60,086 nt of DNA from Erysipelotrichia bacterium (GTDB lineage: Bacteria > Bacillota_I > Bacilli_A > RFN20 > CAG-826), in contig JAAYJX010000147.1 of assembly GCA_012522695.1 (NCBI GenBank), positions 1-60,086 on the forward strand, read 5' to 3'. The translations under genes and the position numbers were made by a program. The notes below the pieces were generated by a model that saw only the letters and a program-made list of their open reading frames with translations, had not been told where the DNA came from and made no database searches. Below, in pieces: positions 36,019 to 45,164 of this stretch; position 1 is the stretch's first letter, and the number at the start of each line of letters is the position of its first letter.

Positions 36019-38412
36019 ATGATTGTAAGTTATAATTGGCTCAAAAAATATATAAATCTAAATAATGTCGATCCGTTTGCTCTAGCAAAAAAATTAACTT
36101 TTGCTGGTGTTGAAGTTGAAGAAGTTAAAAAACTTGCAAGCGCGACTAATTTAGTAATTGGTGAAATTGTTAATGTTAGAAAACATACTAATAGTGATCA
36201 TTTACACGTCACAACAGTTAATATCGGTAAAAAAACATTACAAATCGTTTGTGGTGCGCCTAATTGTCGAGAAAATTTAAAAGTTATCGTTGCCTTAGAA
36301 GGAGCAAAACTCCCCTTTGGTGTTATTAAAAAAAGTTCACTTCGCGGTGAAGTTAGTGAAGGAATGATTTGTTCGTTAAGTGAATTAGGAGTTGATCATA
36401 AGTTTCTAAGCTCAAAACAACTTGAAGGCATTGAAGAGTTAGATAATGATGCAGTAGTTGGCGAAACAAACGTTTTAGAATATTTAGGCTTAGATGATTA
36501 TCTTTTAGATCTTCGTATTTTACCTAATCGCAGCGATTTATATGCGCTTTTAAATGTTGCCTATGAAATTGCAACCTTAGAAAATTTAGAAGTTAAAAAA
36601 GAAGATTATAAAGTAATTCAAGGCGATAAATCTAGTTTTTATGTTAACTCTTTAACGCCTCAATGTCCGCAATTTTCAGCTCGTGTTATTAGTGATATTC
36701 AAGTTGGACCTTCACCAAAGTGGTTAAAAGTTGCTTTGCAAAGTATGAATGTTCGCTCAATTAATAACATTGTTGATATTGGTAATTATGTCATGCTTTT
36801 AACGGGGCAACCTTTACATATGTATGATTATGATAAACTTCCAAAAAAAGAATTGATTATTAAAGATGACTATGTTGGTTCTTTTATTGGTTTAGATGAA
36901 AAAGAATATCAAGTCCAAAAAGGCGATATCGGTATTACATCTAATAATGAAGTAATGTGTTTAGGTGGTGTTTTCGGAGCTTATAGTAGTGCTGTTGATG
37001 AATTAACTAAAAAGATTGTTATCGAAGTTGCTAATTTTTCTTTTAGTGCGATTCGAAAAACAGCTAATCGCTTAGGCTTAACTAGTGATGCTTCAATTCG
37101 TTTTATGAAAGGCATTAATCCTTATCAATTTGAAAGCGTTATGCATTTGGCGACCGACTTAATTTTAAAATTATGTAAACCTTCAAGTATCGAAGAAATT
37201 ATTACTTACGATCAAAGAAGCCAAAAAGAAGTTAAAAATATTAAATCGACTTATGAATATATTAATAATCGCTTAGGTACTTCTTTCACTAGTGAAGAAA
37301 TTTTAAAAACGCTTAAGCGCGCGCATATTAAAGTCGATGTTTTAGATGATAAGTCATTTCTTGCCACGCCTCCAACTTGGCGGATTGATTTAGTTAGTGA
37401 AGCTGATTTAAGTGAAGAAGTTATTCGCCTTATCGGTTTAGAACATATTAAAGGTTCACTACCACTTTTACCTTCAACTTTAGGCGGGTATACTCCTTTT
37501 AAAAATAAAGTTTTAAGACTAAGACAATATTTATCACATCGTGGGATTGATGAAATTTTAACTTATTCACTCGTTTCCAAAAAAGAAATTAGTGACTTTG
37601 TTTTGCTAAAACAAACAAAAGCGTATAAGCTTTTAAATCCTTTAAGTGAAGAACATATGTATTTACGTCTAAGTTTAATACCTTCACTACTTCAAGTCGC
37701 TAGTTATAACCAAGCTCGTGATCAAAAAAATCTTGCTCTTTATGAAATAAGTGATATCGATTATGAAGGCCAAGAAAAAACACATCTAAGTCTTTTATTA
37801 AGTGGTGGATTACTCTTACAAGATGAATTAAACAAAACGCCTTATTCTTTTTATCATCTAAAAGGTATAATTGAGGGCCTTGCTCGTTATTTTCATCTTT
37901 CGCTTAATCGTTTAAAATTTGAAAAAGTTGAAAAAACAAATGTTGAACTTCATCCTGGCCAAAGTGCCTATTTAAAATTTGATAACCAAGTAGTTGGTTA
38001 TTTAGGTAAACTTCATCCTTTAATGGCAAAAAAATATGACGTTGAAAAAGAAGGCGTTTATCTTTTAGAAATTGTTTTAGATGATCTTCTTCAAAGCGAG
38101 AGCAAAGCAATTGTCTATGAGCAATTAAGCCGCTTTCCAGTTATAAAACGCGATTTATCACTCTTAGTGCCTGAACACGTTACTTATGGCGAAATTAAAA
38201 AAACAATTACTTCGTTTTCAAAACTTATTAATCAAGTTAATTTATTTGATATTTATTTAGATAAACATTTACCATTAGGATTTAAATCAATAGCTATTTC
38301 TTTAACATATTTAGATAAACAAAAAACTCTTCTTGATGAAGAAGTAAAAGAAATAGAAAAGAAATTAATTGAACTTTTAAATAAAAAACATCAAATTATT
38401 TTAAGGACATAA
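36019..38412 (+). CDS. pheT: Phenylalanyl-tRNA synthetase beta subunit
   Basis: 797 aa with an N-terminal tRNA-binding domain (IVSYNWLKKY..., HLHVTTVNIG) plus B3/4, B5 and FDX-ACB-like C-terminal domains. Confidence 0.95.
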   Translation: MIVSYNWLKKYINLNNVDPFALAKKLTFAGVEVEEVKKLASATNLVIGEIVNVRKHTNSDHLHVTTVNIGKKTLQIVCGAPNCRENLKVIVALEGAKLPFGVIKKSSLRGEVSEGMICSLSELGVDHKFLSSKQLEGIEELDNDAVVGETNVLEYLGLDDYLLDLRILPNRSDLYALLNVAYEIATLENLEVKKEDYKVIQGDKSSFYVNSLTPQCPQFSARVISDIQVGPSPKWLKVALQSMNVRSINNIVDIGNYVMLLTGQPLHMYDYDKLPKKELIIKDDYVGSFIGLDEKEYQVQKGDIGITSNNEVMCLGGVFGAYSSAVDELTKKIVIEVANFSFSAIRKTANRLGLTSDASIRFMKGINPYQFESVMHLATDLILKLCKPSSIEEIITYDQRSQKEVKNIKSTYEYINNRLGTSFTSEEILKTLKRAHIKVDVLDDKSFLATPPTWRIDLVSEADLSEEVIRLIGLEHIKGSLPLLPSTLGGYTPFKNKVLRLRQYLSHRGIDEILTYSLVSKKEISDFVLLKQTKAYKLLNPLSEEHMYLRLSLIPSLLQVASYNQARDQKNLALYEISDIDYEGQEKTHLSLLLSGGLLLQDELNKTPYSFYHLKGIIEGLARYFHLSLNRLKFEKVEKTNVELHPGQSAYLKFDNQVVGYLGKLHPLMAKKYDVEKEGVYLLEIVLDDLLQSESKAIVYEQLSRFPVIKRDLSLLVPEHVTYGEIKKTITSFSKLINQVNLFDIYLDKHLPLGFKSIAISLTYLDKQKTLLDEEVKEIEKKLIELLNKKHQIILRT

Positions 38413-38414
38413 AA

Positions 38415-38915
38415 ATGAATATTTTTAAAAGTAAGATTAATTATCATATACCTCTTGTCTTACAAGAGAATTTGATTTTTCCCTCACCTCCTTTTAAATA
38501 TACTCGCCCACTAATAAGTATTTTAATGTGTCAAAGCGATATTGAATTATTAAAAAAAGGAAATCATATTAGTTTTTATATTAGGGCAAAAGTTGAAGTT
38601 CTTTTAGAATGTTCATATACACTTGAACACTTTAGTCATATTTTAGAACTGGATGAAGAAGTTCTTATTAGTGATACATATAACGTTAATGAAGACGCGA
38701 TGATTATTGAAGAAGATTATTTAAATATTGAAGAAATAGTGTACTCACTTATTCGTGTAAATATTGATATGAGACCAATTAAACCTGGCGCAAAATTACC
38801 TAAAGGCGGGCGTAATTACCGTTTCTTAGATGAAGATTCGTTTAAAAAAGAGCAAGAAGAACAAGGACAATCCCCATTTGAAAACTTAGATCTTTTAATA
38901 AATAAGAAGAAATAA
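38415..38915 (+). CDS. DUF177 (YceD-like) protein
   Basis: The pattern ...VEVLLECSYTLEHF...EDYLNIEEIVYSLIRVNIDMRPIKPG...SPFENLDLL follows the DUF177 layout but lacks the Cys pairs; 166 aa. Confidence 0.5.
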   Translation: MNIFKSKINYHIPLVLQENLIFPSPPFKYTRPLISILMCQSDIELLKKGNHISFYIRAKVEVLLECSYTLEHFSHILELDEEVLISDTYNVNEDAMIIEEDYLNIEEIVYSLIRVNIDMRPIKPGAKLPKGGRNYRFLDEDSFKKEQEEQGQSPFENLDLLINKKK

Positions 38916-39018
38916 CACTACTAAAAAAATACTATTAAACTACTAAATATATCAATTGTTTATTTTATAAACATTATTTTTTGGAATATTTTTAAATTAA
39001 AAAATGTTATTTTTTTGT

Positions 39019-39048
39019 TTGCACGAAGCGAGCGCTTGTGCGTATAAT
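39019..39048 (+). promoter_or_regulatory. dcw/mraZ promoter TTGCAC-18-TATAAT
   Basis: Hexamers at 39019-39024 and 39043-39048. Confidence 0.5.
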
Positions 39049-39057
39049 ATAGTTATC

Positions 39058-39084
39058 CAAGTGGTAGAAAGTGGAGGAAAGTGG
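39058..39084 (+). promoter_or_regulatory. Three direct MraZ-box repeats (CAAGTGG, AAAGTGG, AAAGTGG) with 3-nt spacers and a 10-bp period
   Basis: Boxes at 39058-39064, 39068-39074 and 39078-39084. They match the Mollicute MraZ site consensus AAAGTG[T/G] with 3-nt spacers. The array overlaps the SD and ends 1 nt before the mraZ ATG. Confidence 0.7.
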
Positions 39085-39085
39085 T

Positions 39086-39508
39086 ATGTTCTTTGGCAGT
39101 TATTATCACACCCTTGATGAAAAGGGCCGTCTTGTTATCCCAAAGAAATTAAGAACTTTAGCAGGTTCTAAGCTTTATATTCTCCGTGGCTATGATGGAT
39201 CTTTGAGTGTTTATAAAGAAGATACTTTTTTAAAGTTAACTGAGGCTTTAGAAAATTTATCTTACTCTCAGCGTGATGCTCGGGACGTGCAACGTATTGC
39301 TCTTTCAAGCGTTGTTGAACTTGAAGTTGATAGCCAAGGACGAATTCAAATTCCTTTAAAACTTTTAAGTGATCATAACATTTCACGCCAAGTCGTTGTC
39401 GTAGGAGTTATTAATCATTTTGAAATTTGGGATGAAGTTATTTGGGAAAAATATTTATTAGATAACGCCAAAGACTTTGAAAACAAAGCTGAAAAGTTGC
39501 CACTTTAA
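39086..39508 (+). CDS. mraZ: Transcriptional regulator MraZ
   Basis: ATG at 39086 follows GGAGG. Two SpoVT/AbrB-like repeats (LDEKGRLVIPKKLR, VDSQGRIQIPLKL). 140 aa. Confidence 0.93.
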   Translation: MFFGSYYHTLDEKGRLVIPKKLRTLAGSKLYILRGYDGSLSVYKEDTFLKLTEALENLSYSQRDARDVQRIALSSVVELEVDSQGRIQIPLKLLSDHNISRQVVVVGVINHFEIWDEVIWEKYLLDNAKDFENKAEKLPL

Positions 39509-39510
39509 CG

Positions 39511-40461
39511 ATGTTAAAACATATCCCTGTTTTACGTGATGAAGTTATCCATCTACTTAATATCCAAAAAGATGGTGTTTATCTTGATTTAACACTTGGA
39601 CGAGCCGGTCATGCTAGTGAAATTTTAAAAAGATTAAGTTCAAAAGGAAAAGTCATTGGCTTTGATCAAGATTTAGAAGCAATTAAGTATTCTAAAATTG
39701 TTCTTTCAAAGATTAGTAAAAACTTCGAAGCCCTTCATGCTAATTTTGTAACTTTCCCCGAAGTCTTAAAAAAGTTAAATATTTACGAAGTTGATGGTAT
39801 TTTACTTGATTTAGGTGTTTCATCCCCGCAATTTGATGATCCAAGCCGTGGCTTTTCTTACCGAAACAACGCTCCGCTTGATATGCGCATGAATACCTCA
39901 CAAGACTTAAGTGCTAAAGAAGTTGTTAATTTTTATTCACTAGAAGCTTTAGTAAAAGTCTTTCGTGAATATGGCGAAGATAAGTACTCTTATCAAGTTG
40001 CTAAAAATATTATTCAAGCCCGTAAAAAGAAATTAATTGAAACAACAAGTGAACTCGTGGAAATTATTAAATTATCAAAACCGATAAAAGAATTAGCAAA
40101 AAAAGGCCATCCTGCTAAACAAATTTTTCAAGCCTTAAGAATTGAAGTTAACGATGAGTTGAATGTTTTAGAGCAAACAATTACAAAAGCTCTAGCTTAT
40201 TTAAAGCCCGGTGGCCGTTTAGCAATTATTTCTTTTCATTCCTTAGAAGATCGTCTTGTTAAACAAATGTTTAATAAAAAAACGAAAATTGAAGGAACAA
40301 GAATAAATGATTTTTTACTCCCTCATCAAATTAAAAAAGAAGAGTTTCGACTTATTAACCGCAAAGTTATTTGCCCTAGTCAATTAGAACAAACGAATAA
40401 TCCGCGCTCAAAAAGCGCTAAGCTACGTGTTGTTGAACGTCTAAAGGAGAGTGAAGTATGA
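39511..40461 (+). CDS. rsmH: 16S rRNA (cytosine1402-N4)-methyltransferase
   Basis: HIPVL, DLTLGRAGHA, LLDLGVSSPQFD, SFHSLEDR; 316 aa. Confidence 0.95.
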   Translation: MLKHIPVLRDEVIHLLNIQKDGVYLDLTLGRAGHASEILKRLSSKGKVIGFDQDLEAIKYSKIVLSKISKNFEALHANFVTFPEVLKKLNIYEVDGILLDLGVSSPQFDDPSRGFSYRNNAPLDMRMNTSQDLSAKEVVNFYSLEALVKVFREYGEDKYSYQVAKNIIQARKKKLIETTSELVEIIKLSKPIKELAKKGHPAKQIFQALRIEVNDELNVLEQTITKALAYLKPGGRLAIISFHSLEDRLVKQMFNKKTKIEGTRINDFLLPHQIKKEEFRLINRKVICPSQLEQTNNPRSKSAKLRVVERLKESEV

Positions 40462-40643
40462 AAGACAAATTAGTGAAGTATCACCGCCGTGCCCCTTATT
40501 ATCGAATGAGAAAATTCATTATTGTGTTTTCTCTTTTTGCCGTAGCAGCAATTGCTATTTCAATTCCGATCACAATTCAAATTGCCACAAGGCAAGCGCA
40601 AGCAAATCAAAACGATACGCAAGAAGTCGTTCATGAAAAATAA
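40458..40643 (+). CDS. Small bitopic membrane protein in the ftsL position
   Basis: ATGA overlap with the rsmH stop. Basic N-terminus plus one TM helix (FIIVFSLFAVAAIAISIPITI). 61 aa. The assignment rests on position only. Confidence 0.45.
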   Translation: MKDKLVKYHRRAPYYRMRKFIIVFSLFAVAAIAISIPITIQIATRQAQANQNDTQEVVHEK

Positions 40644-40662
40644 AAAGCCATTTCCTCCTTCT

Positions 40663-40689
40663 AAAGCTGCATTTTGTTATGCAGCTTTT
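40663..40689 (+). terminator. Intrinsic terminator after the mraZ-rsmH-ftsL-like unit
   Basis: AAAGCTGCAT-TTTGTT-ATGCAGCTTTT. Confidence 0.7.
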
Positions 40690-40775
40690 ATAATTAGTAC
40701 AATTTTAGGACAAAATTAGATAAAAGGCTTGGAAATAAATGTGCTTTTTATATATAATATAATTTAGACAAAATT

Positions 40776-41978
40776 ATGAATACAAAAACAGCAATTATTG
40801 AAATAACATCGAGTGAGATAAAAGTGCTCGTTGGTTATTTTTTAAATAAACAACCAATTGTCGTTTATACTTTACGTAAACCAATTAATGCAATTGTTGA
40901 ACGCGGAAAAATTATTAATCTTCCTTTACTCGTTCAAGAACTTAAATCTTTAAAAGAATTAAAAGATGCGACTGCTAAAATTAAATTAGAAATTGAAGAG
41001 GCGATTGTCATTTTGCCTGCTCTAGGTTTAGAAGTTTATGAAAAAGAAAAAACGACTGAAGTAACTTCACAAAGTGATATTATTGAACAACTCGATGTTT
41101 CTAATGCTGTTAACTTAATTCGTAAAGAAGGTATTGCTAAAGAACAAACGATTGTTGATATTATTCCTAATTATTTTGAACTTGATAATAAAAAGCGATA
41201 TTTACAAAGACCAATTGGAGAAAAATCAATTTCTTTATCCCTCTCAGCGCGTATTCATGTTTTACCATATGCTGTTTATGAGCCTTATAAAAAGGCTTTT
41301 CTTGATGCAGAAATAAAAGTAGTGCGTTATTTTATTGCCCCTCACGCAGCAAGTTATTTTTACACTTTTAATAAGTTAACCCCACCTAGCTATTTACTCG
41401 TTGATTTAGGTTCACAATTAACTTCTATTAGTTTAATTGGTAATGAAATGCTTTATTCTTCAACCTTTTTTAATAAAGGTGGGGAAGATTTAACGAATAT
41501 TATTGCTAATGAACTGAATATACCATTTGAAGAAGCAGAAAAAATAAAACGTCGTTATGGCTATGATCATCGCGAACTTACTTTTTATCCAACGATTGCA
41601 AAAAGTGTTGTTGATGAAACAGAAAAAGAATATACGACAAACCATTTAAACGTCATTGTTAAAAGATTTCTTGATGATTATATCGTTTCGCTTAAACAAG
41701 CTATTAATACACTAATGGCCGATCATGATGAAAAATATTTAAAACTCCCTCTTGTTTTAACGGGTGGCTTTACTCGTTTAAATTATTTACAAAATATTTT
41801 AGAAGAAAGTTTTCCTGATAATGATATTTATATTTATGTGCCAAAAACAATTGGCGCCCGTCACCAAACTTTTATTAATGCTTTAGGTGGTTTGATTGCT
41901 AGTCAATATTATGTTGCATATATCGAAGAAGATCGTCCACTCGTTGCTAGTTTAAGCCGTAGTAGTAGAGGAAAATAA
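40776..41978 (+). CDS. ftsA: Cell division protein FtsA
   Basis: Actin-like ATPase, 400 aa, directly upstream of ftsZ (LVDLGSQLTSISL, VLTGGFTRL). Confidence 0.85.
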   Translation: MNTKTAIIEITSSEIKVLVGYFLNKQPIVVYTLRKPINAIVERGKIINLPLLVQELKSLKELKDATAKIKLEIEEAIVILPALGLEVYEKEKTTEVTSQSDIIEQLDVSNAVNLIRKEGIAKEQTIVDIIPNYFELDNKKRYLQRPIGEKSISLSLSARIHVLPYAVYEPYKKAFLDAEIKVVRYFIAPHAASYFYTFNKLTPPSYLLVDLGSQLTSISLIGNEMLYSSTFFNKGGEDLTNIIANELNIPFEEAEKIKRRYGYDHRELTFYPTIAKSVVDETEKEYTTNHLNVIVKRFLDDYIVSLKQAINTLMADHDEKYLKLPLVLTGGFTRLNYLQNILEESFPDNDIYIYVPKTIGARHQTFINALGGLIASQYYVAYIEEDRPLVASLSRSSRGK

Positions 41979-41995
41979 TAAAGGAGAATTCGCTT

Positions 41996-43126
41996 ATGAA
42001 TGAAATCGATGATACTTATAGACCAGTCGCTAAAATTGTTGTAATTGGTGTTGGTGGGGCTGGTAATAACGCTGTCAATCGAATGATTGATGAAGGTTTA
42101 AAAGACGTTGAATTTTATGTTGCTAATACTGATCGTCAAACATTAAATTCCTCAAAAACAAAAAACCGTCTTATTTTAGGTTATGGCATTACAGGTGGCT
42201 TAGGAGCTGGTGGAGAACCTTCAGTTGGTCGAGAAGCCGCGAATGATTCGATTGAAGATATTCGACAAGTCGTTAAAGGCGCAAATATGGTTTTTATTGC
42301 GGCCGGTATGGGTGGAGGCACTGGTACAGGCGCAGCGCCAATTATCGCGCAAGTCGCTAAAGAAGAAAATGCTTTAGTTGTCGCCATCGTTACAAGACCT
42401 TTTACTTTTGAAGGTAAAAAGCGAATTGCTCATTCAGTTGAAGGGCTTAATGAATTAAAAGACGCTGTTGATGCAATTATTATTGTTTCAAATGATAAAT
42501 TACTAATGCTTAGTGGCACGCAATCAATTTTAAGTGCTTTTGCTGAATCAGATGCTGTTTTAGCTCAATCTGTTAAAACTGTAACTGATTTAATTTTAAT
42601 GCCAGCGATTATTAATCTTGATTTTGCTGATGTTCGCAACACTTTAAAGGATGCGGGTATTTCTTTAATTGGTTTTGGTTTTGGTGAAGGGCCGTCTCGT
42701 GCCCATGATGCAGCGCAAAACGCAATTAATTCACCATTACTCGAAGCAAGTATTAATGGAGCTAGAAGAGCAATTTGTTCTGTCACTTGTGGTCCTAACG
42801 TTTCGCTTTTTGAAGCACAAGAAGCAGTTAACCTTGTGATTGAAGCAGCAGGAAGTAATATTGATGTTAAATTTGGTGTTGCGATTAATCGTGAATTAAG
42901 TGATCAAATTTTAGTTAGTGTTATTGCAAGTGACTTTACTGAAGAATTTGATTTTACAAGTGTTCCAGATTATGGAAAAGAAATTCAAAAAATGAAAACA
43001 TCAGGTGAAAAAAATTCTTTACCTACTCCAAAAGAGGATACAAATACAAAACAAGTTTCTGATGAACAAGAAAAACAAGAAGATTCGATTTTACCAGGCT
43101 TTTTGAGGGGTAAAAATGTTACTTAA
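41996..43126 (+). CDS. ftsZ: Cell division protein FtsZ
   Basis: GVGGAGNNAVNRM and GMGGGTGTGAAP tubulin signatures; 376 aa. Confidence 0.97.
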   Translation: MNEIDDTYRPVAKIVVIGVGGAGNNAVNRMIDEGLKDVEFYVANTDRQTLNSSKTKNRLILGYGITGGLGAGGEPSVGREAANDSIEDIRQVVKGANMVFIAAGMGGGTGTGAAPIIAQVAKEENALVVAIVTRPFTFEGKKRIAHSVEGLNELKDAVDAIIIVSNDKLLMLSGTQSILSAFAESDAVLAQSVKTVTDLILMPAIINLDFADVRNTLKDAGISLIGFGFGEGPSRAHDAAQNAINSPLLEASINGARRAICSVTCGPNVSLFEAQEAVNLVIEAAGSNIDVKFGVAINRELSDQILVSVIASDFTEEFDFTSVPDYGKEIQKMKTSGEKNSLPTPKEDTNTKQVSDEQEKQEDSILPGFLRGKNVT

Positions 43127-44915
43127 AAAAAATAAAATACAAAAACTTTTTCTTTCTTTTTCTTTACTTTTAGTCGGCGTATTTACACTAGTAAGTTGTG
43201 AGCCAAGTGTTGATCCAACGACAACTGATCCAACAATAACCGATCCAACGACAAGCGATCCAACAACTGATTCAACCGAACCAGATGAAGATATTGTTTA
43301 TCACGATTATTATAATGGCTATTATGAAAATCTTACTTCTTGGGAAAATGGTGAAGATTTAAAAACACAACTATATCAAATAGTAAATAAAAACGTTAGT
43401 TTTGTTAATTTTGACACTTCAAGTCAAAAGTGGGAAGTAAATCAACTAGCTGATGAAACATTTGATAATTTAGACCGTGTTAACTTAGTTTATGCTTCTT
43501 ATCAACCTTTAAAAACATACACATCTACATCATCAAATAATGGATGGCAACGTGAACATGCTTTTTGCCAAACATTAGGTAATTTTCATGAGGGCAATGA
43601 TCGCCCGGACACCGAACAAGAACTAGTTAAACAAATGAGAAGTGATTTCCATAATCTTTTCGCTAGCGATAAAAGAATTAATAACTCACGCGGCAATAAA
43701 AACTTGGGTAATGTCGATGAAAGTATGGGCACTGTTGTTTATCCAACCGACGTCCATGGTAACGTAACTGGTGTAAGAGCAATTGAAAGCGTTGGTGATG
43801 AAAGCGTTAGTATTTTCGAACCTCGTGAAGAAGAAAAGGCCATGTTAGCTCGTGCAATTTTTTATATGGCAACAAGATTTGAAGATTTAAATGTTGTTGA
43901 AGGAATTAGCGGAACAGGGTGCAAATCCCACGGAATGTTAGTTGATTTACTCCTTTGGAGTACTGATGATGTTTCTTTACGTGAATATAAACATAATATT
44001 GGCGTATATTCTTTTCAAAATAATCGCAATCCATATGTTGACTATCCTGAATTAGTCGATTATGTTTTTGGTAGTAAACAAAATGAAAGTGGCACTTTAG
44101 AAAAAATACGTCCCTCTTATTATGATGTTGTTTTAGAAGGCGAAACAAAAGACGCTAAAGATGAACGCAATTTCGCTATTTATGATTTAAAAATTCATTA
44201 TCAAGTTGGCGAAAAGTTTGTAAAAAAAGATGATATTAAAGCGCGAATTATTAATCAAGACCTTTCTAAAAATTCACCTTTAAATACGAACGATTTTACT
44301 GTTTCATTAAGCGATAATTACGAATTTGAAGTCAAAGATTTAGGCACAAAAGAAGTTCGTGTTACTTATTTAGATTACGAAGCTAAATATGAAATAGAAA
44401 TTGAAGCCGATCCTAGTTTACTAGCTCTTTATCAATATGTGCTTACAAATAGCGATCCTTTCGCTACTTTACTTAATAAACCAAGTGAAGCTGGTAAAAT
44501 TCATATCATGAATTTAGGTGGCTTAAGTTTCAATTTTTATTTTCAATCCGGTAAAATTAGTAGCTTCCATACCGCAAGCGGCTTAGGCCGCCAATTCGGC
44601 ACGGGAACGGAAGCAATTAATTCGATGTATTTAGAAACAACAAATGCTTTTTTGTATAATGAGAAAACAAACGTTAATGAAATTCATATTGTTGCCTCAA
44701 CAGCGGCGACAATTAAAAGCGCTCAAATTAATGTTTCAATTGGTAGTTATAATTTCCCACAACAAGCGATGAGTGTTGGTACGGCTGGAAATAATACTCT
44801 TTATTCATTTACTCTTGGTGAGGGAGTAAGTTATGAAGGAAAAGTAAAGATTTCCTTCTCAGGCTTTACTAATGGTGCTCTTTACATAAAGAGATTTGCA
44901 ATTAACGCAACTTAA
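43116..44915 (+). CDS. Surface lipoprotein with an endonuclease I-family nuclease domain and C-terminal Ig-like/unknown domains
   Basis: Lipobox LVSC and a DPT linker. WQREHAFCQ, SDFHNLFASDKRINNSRGNKNLG and ARAIFYMATRF match endonuclease I motifs. It overlaps the ftsZ 3' end by 11 nt. Confidence 0.7.
   Translation: MLLKKNKIQKLFLSFSLLLVGVFTLVSCEPSVDPTTTDPTITDPTTSDPTTDSTEPDEDIVYHDYYNGYYENLTSWENGEDLKTQLYQIVNKNVSFVNFDTSSQKWEVNQLADETFDNLDRVNLVYASYQPLKTYTSTSSNNGWQREHAFCQTLGNFHEGNDRPDTEQELVKQMRSDFHNLFASDKRINNSRGNKNLGNVDESMGTVVYPTDVHGNVTGVRAIESVGDESVSIFEPREEEKAMLARAIFYMATRFEDLNVVEGISGTGCKSHGMLVDLLLWSTDDVSLREYKHNIGVYSFQNNRNPYVDYPELVDYVFGSKQNESGTLEKIRPSYYDVVLEGETKDAKDERNFAIYDLKIHYQVGEKFVKKDDIKARIINQDLSKNSPLNTNDFTVSLSDNYEFEVKDLGTKEVRVTYLDYEAKYEIEIEADPSLLALYQYVLTNSDPFATLLNKPSEAGKIHIMNLGGLSFNFYFQSGKISSFHTASGLGRQFGTGTEAINSMYLETTNAFLYNEKTNVNEIHIVASTAATIKSAQINVSIGSYNFPQQAMSVGTAGNNTLYSFTLGEGVSYEGKVKISFSGFTNGALYIKRFAINAT
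43212..43271 (+). repeat. 4 x 15-bp coding tandem repeat (DPTTT/DPTIT/DPTTS/DPTTD linker)
   Basis: GATCCAACNNNNNNN units at 43212, 43227, 43242 and 43257. Confidence 0.85.
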
Positions 44916-44930
44916 AAGTAAAATTAAATA

Positions 44931-45150
44931 AAGCGTTGACGAAGACACGCTTAAGAAAAAAATTAGCGAGATAACGATGGTGAAAGGTTATCAAAAAATC
45001 TTAAGTATCACTTCTGAGTGAAACCTGAAATTAATAGTAGGGAATCCGCCTATCTAGCGTTAAAAAGATAATTGAGGGTCATATTGCTTAAATATGAAAC
45101 TAAGGTGGTACCGCGCATCAAGAGCGTCCTTAGCTGGGCGCTTTTATTTA
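44931..45150 (+). promoter_or_regulatory. T-box leader (Ile, specifier AUC) with terminator
   Basis: Promoter TTGCAA(44896-44901)-17-TAAAAT(44919-44924) overlaps the end of the nuclease gene. Specifier GUAUCACUUCUGAG with AUC at 45007-45009. T-box AAACTAAGGTGGTACCGCGC at 45097-45116. Terminator AGCGTCC-TTAGCT-GGGCGCT plus a T-run at 45123-45150. Confidence 0.88.
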
Positions 45151-45164
45151 TAGGAGAGACGATT

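Noticed and set aside
40451-40636. Alternative 61-aa ORF in the other frame after rsmH.
   Set aside because: It is Cys/Ser-rich with no TM helix. The overlapping frame at 40458-40643 has an ATGA coupling to rsmH and a clear bitopic membrane topology.
45072-45164. N-terminal extension of ileS in the ORF track. Analogous extensions occur for pheS (34937-34966), dnaI (14460-14507), mraZ (39071-39085) and the membrane protein (33236-33268).
   Set aside because: The extensions run through T-box/terminator sequence or the upstream gene. Each internal ATG is preceded by a proper SD and begins the conserved protein sequence.
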